A stretch of 64,000 nucleotides of DNA from positions 15,562,001 to 15,626,000 of the forward strand of contig NC_043010.1 of NCBI RefSeq assembly GCF_006345805.1. The letters are read 5' to 3'. This DNA comes from Octopus sinensis (taxonomy: Eukaryota). Position numbers and translations under genes: made by a program. A model generated the notes under the pieces. The model did no database searches and was not told the origin of the DNA. It saw only the letters and a program-made list of their open reading frames with translations. This document shows, in pieces, positions 53,057 through 64,000 of this stretch (the first letter of the stretch is position 1; each line of letters starts with the position of its first letter).

Positions 53057-53489
53057 ATCTATCTATCTATCTATCTATCTGTCTGTCTGGCTGTCTGTTG
53101 TTGTTCCTTCTCGAGCCATGCCTGGCTCATAAGGGCAAGTTTCCCGGTTTCTTGGCATATAGGTTCCCCACCTGGACGGGACTCTGGTCCATCGCAGGTG
53201 AGCTGCAAGATGCAGGAGGAAAGAGTGAGAGAAAGTTGTGGCGAAAGTGTCAGCAGATGTTTCGCCATTACCTTCTGCCGGAGCCGCGTAGAGCTTAGGT
53301 GTTTCACTCATAAAAACACACATCGCCCGGTCTGAGATTCGAACCCGCGATCCCTCGACCGCTAGTCCGCTGCTCTAACCACTAAGCCATGTACCTCCAC
53401 TACGTGTGTGTGTGTATGTGTGTGTGTGTGTGTGTGTATACATGTGTGCATACGTTAGTTAAATCTTTGCCAAGTTTTCTGAATGTGTA

Positions 53490-53520
<31 letters not shown>

Positions 53521-53695
53521 AGAGAGAGAGAGAGTGGGATCATGTATCAACACTAGTATTTCTTTCGAGCGCACCCAGGATCATAACCACATATCCGGCT
53601 CGGTTATTTGTGAACTATATATATATATATATACAAACACACATATACATACACATACGTGCATACATACATAGACACATACATACATACATACA

Positions 53696-53727
<32 letters not shown>

Positions 53728-53794
53728 CATATATCCATATACATATATACATACATGCATATATACATATATATATATATGTATACACACACAC

Positions 53795-53852
<58 letters not shown>

Positions 53853-53895
53853 CATATATATATATATGCATATGTGGGTATATATACACATACAA

Positions 53896-53943
<48 letters not shown>

Positions 53944-54464
53944 GCATATGTGGGTACAGGACGTCACCAACTGTAAACAACATGAAGTACGAAAACAAGT
54001 TAAATACGCATACTTGCATGTGTATATATATATATATATATATATTTGAAGAGATAAATATGTGTGTAGATGTGTGTAGCGTATGCGCACACGAACACAC
54101 ATCCAGACACACACACGCACAGCGCTGTTTAAGAATGTTTCTGAGCTTAGAACTTCCCGACAAAAATTACGGAACGGATCTGAAAACTGAAGAATCGAGG
54201 TTTTGGCATTACTTGGGTTTCACTCATCACTCGGTGTAGCGTCAGGATTCTTGCATGATAAAGCACAAGGGTTAATAACATCTAAAGTTATAGGCACGGC
54301 TTCGTATACATACATACATACATACATACATACATACATACATACATACATACATACATACATACATACATACTTACACATATATACACACGAACACACT
54401 CGTGCATATACAAATATAGATGTATGCATGTATGTATGTCTGTATGTATGTAGGTATGCATGTA

Positions 54465-54518
<54 letters not shown>

Positions 54519-54519
54519 A

Positions 54520-54573
<54 letters not shown>

Positions 54574-54583
54574 GTCTGTCTGC

Positions 54584-54615
<32 letters not shown>

Positions 54616-54620
54616 ATCTA

Positions 54621-54678
<58 letters not shown>

Positions 54679-55098
54679 ATCTATCTATCTATCTATCTAT
54701 CTATCTGTCTGTCTGTCTGTCTGTTGTTGTTCCTTCTCGAGCCATGCCTGGCTCATAAGGGCAAGTTTCCCGGTTTCTTGGCATATAGGTTCCCCACCTG
54801 GACGGGACACTGGTCCATCGCAGGTGAGCTGCAAGATGAGGAGAAAGTTGTGGCGAAAGTGTCAGCAGATGTTTCGTCATTACCTTCTGCCGGAGCCGCG
54901 TAGAGCTTAGGTGTTTCGCTCATAAAAACACACATCGCCCGGTCTGAGATTCGAACCCGCGATCCCTCGACCGCTAGTCCGCTGCTCTAACCACTAAGCC
55001 ATGTACCTCCACTACGTGTGTGTGTGTATGTGTGTGTGTGTGTGTGTATACATGTGTGCATACGTTAGTTAAATCTTTGCCAAGTTTTCTGAATGTGT

Positions 55099-55110
<12 letters not shown>
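51845..55110. repeat. ~1.6-1.7-kb tandem duplication
   Basis: gtgggatcatgtatcaacactag at 51861 and 53534; tacgttagttaaatctttgcc at 53451 and 55061; each unit includes a SINE family 3 copy. Confidence 0.93.
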
Positions 55111-55178
<68 letters not shown>

Positions 55179-56239
55179 GTGAGTGAGGAAGAAAGGCATA
55201 GAAAGTGGCGGCGAGAGAAAGAACCATTGAGATTCTTACGCGAGACTTCCGACGGCAATAGTCGAATACTTGATCCGCTGACGCCAGTCATTGTAAATAA
55301 AGTGAAGACAAACAAAATATTTTAAAGTTTTCATTGTTTTACTATATTATCGAGTAAATTGACAGGAAACTGAGCCCTCCAAGGGAATTAAGTCAAATGA
55401 GGTCACTAAGCACAACTAAGTCACTTGTGATCTAAAAGAATTTGGTCAGTTAGAACATCTAGGAGAATTAGATGAACTAGGTCAACTAGAGTAATTATGC
55501 GAACTGGGATAATTAGGTCAGCAAAAATTATTATGTAATTGAGATCATCTTGGTGAATTTAGCCAATTAGGTCAACTCGATCAGCCAGTTTCACCCACTT
55601 TTGTCTATGGCTCCCTTGAGTACTTTTCCCATGTTCTCGGGACCATCCTGTGAAACCGCTGTTAATTTCCTCCATTGGTCTCCGTAATACAACACTGACG
55701 GATTGACAGACTGTCGCTCCTTTCAAATGTATATTGGGGGGGCGTGAGACTGTCCTCTTCCAATTTGAGAATGTCTTTTGTAGATAAATCGGGTTAATTC
55801 GGTCAGCTATGGATATTCGGTCAGATAGATCAGTCACAGGAATTAAGTCACCCTGTCATGTTGTATGGTATTTGATATACCTGTATTTGTCTATATTTGT
55901 CTATGATATACCTGTATTTGTCTACTTCCCACAGGCCACTCAGCTCGTTTTCGTCTTCATTGCGTAAACTACCTACGCTATAAATGTGTTCTACTCCTTT
56001 TTATAGGCATCTAAGTCCCTTGCCTCCTGGAGATACGATAGAGAAACAGCCATGCTGATGACGACTGTTGAGCAAGGAACATAAGTCCACGAATGTCCTC
56101 TCATCTTCAGGCAATAGGTCTGCTCTTTTCCCAAATGGCATATCAGTTTTGGAGAATCCGTGACTTTTGCGATTATCTCTCTTTATCAATTGGAACTGGC
56201 TGTAATCACCATTATGTAACTCTGATACGTTCTCTGGAG

Positions 56240-56620
56240 GCAAAAATGAAAAAAGACAAAACAAAACAAGAAAACAGTGGACAGCTTCCAATTCACATGC
56301 TTAAGGAGAATACTTGACATCAAGTGCTGCAAAGAGTCCGAAATGACACACTTGAGGCGACAACGGGCATCAACACGATCAGTGACAAAATAAGGCGCTC
56401 GATGCTGGAACTAGATCGGACATGTTCTCAGATAGGATCGAGAAAGCGATTTTATGGTGGCACTAAAGTGGCAACCTGAGAGGAAAAGAGCAACAGGGGG
56501 TCCTAAAACCACATAGAGGACCATTGACAAGAAAAGATGAAACCAGAACAATGGCAGAAAAAAAAAAAGCTGGTTGGAAAGATCGTGTTACGGTTTTCTG
56601 TGCCTCATGGGACGGAGAGA
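56240..56620 (+). mobile_element. Highly degenerate RTE-type LINE 3' fragment
   Basis: Relic translation IGHVLR..VALKWQPERKRATGGPKTT*RRT. Confidence 0.55.
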
Positions 56621-57130
56621 ACTAACTCTGGAGGCCGGAATAATTTTAATAAATCAAGGATCTATGTTATACCGTATTTGATATACCTGTATTTGTCTAC
56701 GATAGAAGAATCAATTGGAAATTAGAAAAACTTGAGAAATTAGATCAGCTTGGGTAGTCGACCTAATTTAGGGTAGAAGAATTAGGTTAACTAGCAACAA
56801 GATCAACTGGAGAAATAAGGCCACCTAGGGGTGAGCATGGAGCGTTATATCACCTCGGACGGTTAGAGGGATCAGCTCACTAAGGGGTCGCCTAGATTAA
56901 TTAGGTTAGTTAGGACAGTTAAAGTGATTATGTCAGTTAAAGGAATTAATTTAACTGGGTCATCTTGAAGAATTAAGCCAGTGAGGGAATTTTGAAGAAT
57001 TAGGTTAACTAGGAATTACTTCAAGTAGAGAAAGTAGGTCAATTTTCTTTAGTCATTAGAAACCAACCACATACGTTTGCAACAATTCAAATTTAAAATT
57101 AGTGTCAACCACATTCCACACTTTTAATCT

Positions 57131-57346
57131 TTACTCTTTTACGTGTTTCAGTCATTTGACTGTGACCATGTTGGAGCACCGCCTTTAGTCGAGCAAATCG
57201 ACCCCAGGACTTATTCTTTGTAAGCCTAGTACTTATTCTATCGGTCTCTTTTGCTGAACCGTTAAGTTACGGGGACGTAAACACACCAGCATCGCTTGTC
57301 AATCGATGTTGGGGGGACAAACACAGACACACAAATGTATACACAC

Positions 57347-57439
<93 letters not shown>

Positions 57440-57603
57440 TATATGACGGGCTTCTTTCAGTTTCCATCTGCCAAATCCACTCACAAGGCTTTGGTCAGCA
57501 CGAGGCTATAGTAGAAGACACTTGTCCAAGGTGCCACGCAGTGGGACTGAACTCGGAACCATGTGTTTGGTAAGCAAGCTACTTACCACACAGCCACTCC
57601 TAC
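57131..57603 (-). mobile_element. SINE family 1 copy
   Basis: Reverse complement of 19504-19920. Confidence 0.9.
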
Positions 57604-57730
57604 ACCTACTTCATTCACATTTAGGTACCTTCTCCACTCCCTTTCGCATTTTTGTAGTACTATCAGAAAAGATACCACACAGCCCTATTTCTGTCCAAAG
57701 TACTTTTGTATAAAACCGATCACTCGTGTT

Positions 57731-58182
57731 CGATCTTTTCGGTTTGAACGGCAGTTTATTCTAGCGGTGTCATATAAAATTGTCACCCATAATTATGACC
57801 CTAGTATCGATCTATTGCATTTCAATCTGTTTTAGGGTTAGTGTTAGTTAAGGTTAGTTAGGGTTAGGGTTAGGGTTAGGGGTGGGGGGAAGGGTATCTT
57901 TTTTTCTTCACAAAAGTAAATAAACCCAATCTGTTTCTTAAACGAGGGACATATTCATACGGCACAGAATGTTTTTTTACCTCAATAGACGTCAGTGATT
58001 GGTTGAAATTGCAGAAATTGAAGAATAAAACAACAACAAATATCTTACAAACTATAGAATTTTCTCAATAAAGCCAAGAGAAAAAGATGTTTTATAAACA
58101 CATTCTACCAGTATACGAAGTTTAACATTTTTTAGTTACCTAGAAATTATGTTAAAAACTGCCGTTCAAACCGAAAAGATCA
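57731..58182 (-). mobile_element. GG-terminated MITE (Merlin-like), copy 4, reverse orientation
   Basis: Same TIRs with mutated terminal bases; flanks ctcgtgtt/cttgtgtt; internal TTAGGG tract at 57832-57882. Confidence 0.9.
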
Positions 58183-58617
58183 CTTGTGTTTAGTAGGAGT
58201 AAAAACTGCTGTTTGTTCATTTCTTGTTACAGTAAATCTCCACCCTTTATATTTAAATGTATCTCTTGATTCTACGATGGTGAAAGTAAATCTTAGCATA
58301 ACCTTTCCAGTTTTATCAAGTAATATCTTCTAATGGCAGTAAGTTTAAATCAACAGACCTGTTTGCTCTAACTACGTTTACCTAAGCCAATTCTTTTGGG
58401 TTTAGTAGGAGCAAAGAAGTGGTTATGAAAAAACCTTCCTACACTAACACTTTTCCAATAACATTATCTTCATAGCTTAGTAGGGTTAAAATACATTATT
58501 TACATTTGACGGATATTTGTCCTCATCTTGTATGTTTGTTAACACAACGTTTCGGCTGATACACACACAAATATATACACATACATATACATATACACAC
58601 ACACACACACACACACA

Positions 58618-58689
<72 letters not shown>

Positions 58690-58848
58690 GGGAGAGTGTA
58701 CGGAAAAAAACAAAAGACGAAGACAGGTGATGTACATAACAAACAGATGTAATAGTAGAACGCTCAGGAATAGAAAACGTCTTTTACGTTTCGAGCCTAC
58801 GCTCTTCTACAGAAAGGGACACAGAAAGGGACACAGAAAAAACAAGGA

Positions 58849-58893
<45 letters not shown>

Positions 58894-59309
58894 CATGTAT
58901 GAATTCGCTTATTCTAATTTTAGCGCTGCCTCTATCGCTGCTCTAAGTTTCTTATTTCAAAAAGAGAAGACAAGAAAAAAAAAGCAAAGAACGAGAACTG
59001 GAAAATCTGATTAGGAATGCGATGCCCAAGCTTCAAATAAATGTACACTGCTGCATTTATTTGGAACTTTCTTCTCTGATATTTATCTACTTTGAGTCGG
59101 TGAGTCGGCAATCTCGTTAGCACGCCAGAGCGAAATGCTTAGCGGCATTTCGTCTGTCCTTAAGCTCTGAAATCAAATTCCGCTGAGTTCGACTTTGCTT
59201 TCATCCTTTCGGGGTCGATGAAATCAATACCAAGTTACTCATTGGAATCGATGTAATCGACTAGCCCATTCCCTCCCAAATTTCAGGCCCTGTGACAATA
59301 GTAAAAACG

Positions 59310-59371
<62 letters not shown>

Positions 59372-60204
59372 TAGGCGGTAAGCTGGTAGAATCGCTAGCA
59401 TGCCGGACAAAATTGTTGAGCAGCACTTCGTCCGTCTTTGCGTTCTGAGTTCAAATTCCGCTGATGTCGACTTTGCCTTTCATCTTTTCGAGATCGATGA
59501 AATATGTGTATACATATACAATATATACACATATATGTATATATAAATACACACACACACACACACACACACAACACACACACACACACACACACATATA
59601 TAATATACATGTCTTTCAGTTTCCGCCTCGTCTACTAAATTCACTCACAAGGCTTTGGACGGCCCTGGGAAGTAGAAGACACTTGCCCAAGGTGATACAC
59701 AGTAAGACTAAACCTGTAATCATGTGATTAGGAAATATACTTCTTTACCTCGCAACCACACCTGTATGTAGATATGAGTGTTTACGCTTACATCAGTTTA
59801 AAACCAGCGTTGTTCTGTTGTTATATTTTTTATGTCCCGTTACCTAGCAGCTTGACAAACAGATTTCGATAAAATCATTACCAGAATAAAATAAAGTACT
59901 CGTCCGGATCTGACCGACTAAAAAGTTGAGAGCGATACCTCAAGCAAGGCTGTAGTTCATTGACTTGAAAAAGACTAATAGAATGAAAGAATAGAAGAAT
60001 TAGTTTATGTGTGTGGGTGTCTTTGTTTTATGGATACTCTTTTTATCTCTCAATCTGCATAAAACTTTTACCCGTTTCTCACACTCAACCACCAACACCA
60101 ACACTCAACACTTTTCACCAAAAAAAAAGCCCCTCTACACACTTTCCTCTGCCATGTAAGCTGTCTTTCATTACATCCAGACTGTACAGCGCCGATCTTT
60201 TTTC

Positions 60205-60273
<69 letters not shown>

Positions 60274-60311
60274 CACACACCACACACACACACACACCAC
60301 ACACACAACAC

Positions 60312-60367
<56 letters not shown>

Positions 60368-61134
60368 ACGCACACACGCGCTCACGCACACACACACAGG
60401 TTTCTTGGTTTGCGGCCGCCATTGCTACTCCAGCGTTCAGCGCCGTTGTTATAGATGATCGCCGTTCGTTTGTCTGCTAGACACACAGACTTTAATATGA
60501 AGCGTCGATCGTCTGCTTTATTGATCCAACGACTGCAATTAAGGGAGTAAGAAGTTAGCTTCATTTTTCTTTTACTATCTCTCTTTCCCACCCCTCTTTC
60601 TCCCTCTTTCTGCCACACCCGCTCTCCTTTACTCACTCGCTTTTCTATTCCCTTTCTTTGTCTCTCTCTTCATATATATATATATATATGATATTATAAA
60701 CGATATAAAAATCAATATGTAAGCAGAGTATAAAATTTTTTATTACCTAAAATACTCATGGGGTTGCTCAAGGGCTTAAAGTTTCGTTCAAAAGCACTTA
60801 ACGAACTAAAAGAGACAAAAACAAAACGCAAAGTTTTTTTATTATGTAATGTATACGAGAACGTTCTAGGAACACTGTTAGTTTATGTAATATAATGAAA
60901 TTACATAAATTTTGAAAACTCACTGCGAAGATACATTGTGGACGTTACACGAATTATGTATGCGCATATGCATATAGAAAACTTGTTTACAAACCCATGC
61001 ACACAGACGTGTGCGCGTACATGTGTATGTATGCATATATGTAGATTTGTTGTTGTAGTATAGTTTTTCTATATAACTTGACATAAAAACAAAAATGACT
61101 GTGCATGTATTTATACATACATATGTATGTATCT

Positions 61135-61598
61135 ATGGTGGCTTCCTCCTCGTTATCGAGTGTGGCCATTGCACGAAGCTTAATCAATGTTGTTATCGTG
61201 CAATGCCTGTGCAAGAAGATTTTTTTTTAAAGTGAGGAAAGGCTGTGCACTGAGTCAATCCCACTCACTAAGCAACAGCAGCCTTAATCCGAAAAGAAGA
61301 ACAAGTCAACATCATCGGTAACCAGTGAGCCGCAGGTTTTATGTCGGAGTTATCCCAGTTACCTGAGTTACCTTCTCCTAGAAGGATGCCCTAACAAAGG
61401 TTAGGAGTCCTTCATTCCCAAAGGTTTAACCGCGCGATCGGGTATTCAGTCCGATTATTTCTATGTCCCCGCGCATGATACAGCCTTAAGACATTTATTG
61501 GATGGCCGTTGACACTCAAGAGTTCCTCCGCCCTTTGACTGGTTTTGTTTTTCATCCCGTAGGGTGTCTAATAAACACCCTCTTCATCAAGCAAGCTT
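61135..61598 (-). mobile_element. Second copy of the 16660-17155 repeat
   Basis: Reverse-complement match, e.g. atggccgttgacactcaagagttcctccgccctttgac. Confidence 0.7.
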
Positions 61599-61673
61599 GT
61601 ATTTATACATACATACATTCATACATACATACATGCATGCATAAATACACACAAACATTAGTGTGTGTATATG

Positions 61674-61710
<37 letters not shown>

Positions 61711-62296
61711 ATGTGTGTGTGTGTGTATTGTTGATGTCATAAGAATTATAAAGTTCAACGGATCATGAAATATTTTTTTTGGAACGTTGGACATTGAAGT
61801 AGATAAGCTACAAATAACAGCGCGTAAATATAGTCATAAAAACCCACTTTCGGTCGAAAAAGGATATGGGGTCGCGTTCCACAAGGAGCTTTCGACTTTT
61901 TCTATCCAAAGTGATATTTTCGACCCAATATTTACTCGCTACCATTTATAGCTTATCTGCTTCAAGATCCAACTTTCCAAAAAGAATTATACATATATAT
62001 ATATATTTTATATATATATAAAATACGAAAATGGGACAAGAACGCAAAACATCCAGACAGACGATACAAAGAAAACAAGGACGAGTCATTCGGAATTTTC
62101 TATCCTCAGTCGTGTTCCAGATCGTCTTTGCAATTTCGGCTGGTTATACTCGAGATTGCTCCAATCTGGCCAGCCCAAAGGAAAAATAAGCTAAGAGCAT
62201 TACATTCCTTGGAAGAAAGCAGCGAATGCATACGAAAACAAGGACGGAAGAAAAACGGAGAATGTTACACAAATACAATGAAAATAACAGGACATA

Positions 62297-62390
62297 ACAA
62301 CCAGTGTCTTTCGACACAACAGGTCTCTTTCGACACAACCGGTGTCTTTCGACACAACCGGTGTCTTTCGACACAACCGGTGTCTTTCGA
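62297..62390. repeat. 19-bp minisatellite, ~5 copies
   Basis: Unit ACAACCGGTGTCTTTCGAC. Confidence 0.93.
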
Positions 62391-62810
62391 TGTAGGAGAT
62401 AATCAGAACAACTATAGTTCACTTTAACATTATTTCTGTTGAGGATATTGAAATACTTATGATGTAAAAAAAAACAAAAAAAACTATGAGGTAATGTTTG
62501 AAATGCTATTAGAGCAAAATGGTAGGTTAAACTATATTTTATTCTCCATTGTTTTTTGTTTTTTCTTATTTAATCTTTTATCATTGAATTGTTTCATTCA
62601 TCTGACTGCGGCCATGCTGGGGCACCACCTTGAAGGGTTTTAGTCGAACAAATCGAACCCAGGACTTATTTTGGTAAAACCTGGCACTTATTCTACCGGT
62701 CTCCTTTTGCCGAACAGCTAAGTTACGGGGAAGTAAGTACACCAACATCGGCTGTCTAGCGGAGGCGGGAAACAAACACAGGCATAAAGACTCACCACAC
62801 GTGAATACAT

Positions 62811-62845
<35 letters not shown>

Positions 62846-63323
62846 CGACGGGCTTCTTTCAGTTTCCCTCTACCATATCCACTCACAAGGCTTTGGTCGG
62901 CCCGCGGCTATACTAAAAGATACTTGCCCAAGATGCTCCGCAGTAGCACTGAACCCGGAACCCTGTGGTTGGGAAGCAAGCTTCTTACCACACAGCGAGC
63001 ATTTTTCACTGAATCTACATCCTTGGTTTGCGCTATGCAAACATTTCCCACTGTAGTATACACTTCGTGGTAAGATATGCATAACATCCGTTTACCATTG
63101 TTGCTAGGAAGGCTTTTTCAAAATACCAGGAAAGAGTTGAGAAGTGGTATTAATTGGGGGTATTTACGAATAAATATACTCGTGTATCTGTTCTTTTACT
63201 TCCTGATACATCCAATCTGTTTAACTCGCCTTCCAATGCTGCTACACTACTCGCTTAACATTATTACTCTCGCCACAGTGCTTCAACACACACACATACA
63301 CGCACGCACGCATATATATATAT

Positions 63324-63364
<41 letters not shown>

Positions 63365-63626
63365 ATCCAAACAAAAAACACAAAAAAACAAAAAAAAACA
63401 CAGCAACGCGAGGACGTGGAACAAATAAAGTATTATTGGACGCTCAGGAGAGAAGGGAATATATATATATATATATTTAAAAAAAGGAGATGTCGAACAC
63501 GAGTAGTGATATATAAAAAAGGAAATGAAGAAAATGCTGACAAATAATTGAAGTAATTAAGTAATTACTTAAATTACTTCAATTATTTGTCAGCATTTTC
63601 TTCATTTCCTTTTTTTTATATATATA

Positions 63627-63686
<60 letters not shown>

Positions 63687-63688
63687 TT

Positions 63689-63934
63689 TATTTAAAAGTA
63701 GCAGAAATTCAACAAAAGCTGTTACTCTCGGAGTTTCATGTTCCCGTTCGTCGGACAGTTTTGTTAGCAGTAGCGGTATTTATTTAACAAAACTGTCCGA
63801 CGAACGGGAACGTGAAACTCCGAGTAACAGCTTTTGTTGAATTTCTGCTGCTTTTAAATATAGCATATTACTCTACCTCTGGTATTTGAGTACTCTTTTT
63901 TCCACCTTGTTTCACATTTATGTGTTTACTCCGG

Positions 63935-63940
<6 letters not shown>
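63689..63940. mobile_element. Inverted Penelope-like termini with two hammerhead-like motifs
   Basis: ~77-bp inverted repeat (63689-63766 / 63785-63860); the downstream sequence is homologous to 16200-16290. Confidence 0.6.
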
Positions 63941-63987
<47 letters not shown>

Positions 63988-64000
63988 CTGCAGAGGATAT

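Noticed and set aside
57832-57882. TTAGGG tract as a telomere or fusion site
   Set aside because: Short and internal to a MITE present in four copies.

Overview
Eukaryotic, AT-rich and very microsatellite-rich genomic DNA. The repeat landscape (tRNA-head SINEs, (TA)n/(TACA)n/(ATT)n tracts) fits an octopod cephalopod, but that is an inference. The only host gene I can support is the first coding exon of an inhibitory Smad (Smad6/7, Dad-like) on the minus strand, from ATG 12216 to a CAG|GTAAGT donor at 11238. It carries a ~190-aa low-complexity insert before the MH1-like domain. Positions 1-11237 are probably its intron 1 and 12.2-64 kb its upstream region. The rest is mobile DNA: a decayed DD34D mariner, R4/Dong-type and RTE-type LINE fragments, at least four SINE families, hAT-, piggyBac- and Helitron-like non-autonomous elements, and four copies of a GG-terminated MITE with 8-bp TSDs and internal telomeric repeats. 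The main unexplained signal is roughly 15 hammerhead-ribozyme-like motifs in short dispersed repeats resembling Penelope-like element (PLE) ends. These include canonical-core type I folds (51295-51340, 15934-15992), a divergent inverted pair (63689-63860) and a family with a systematic CUGU core variant. All were folded by eye; none is shown to cleave. Nearly all other ORFs in the track are microsatellite artefacts. Repeat boundaries are approximate.
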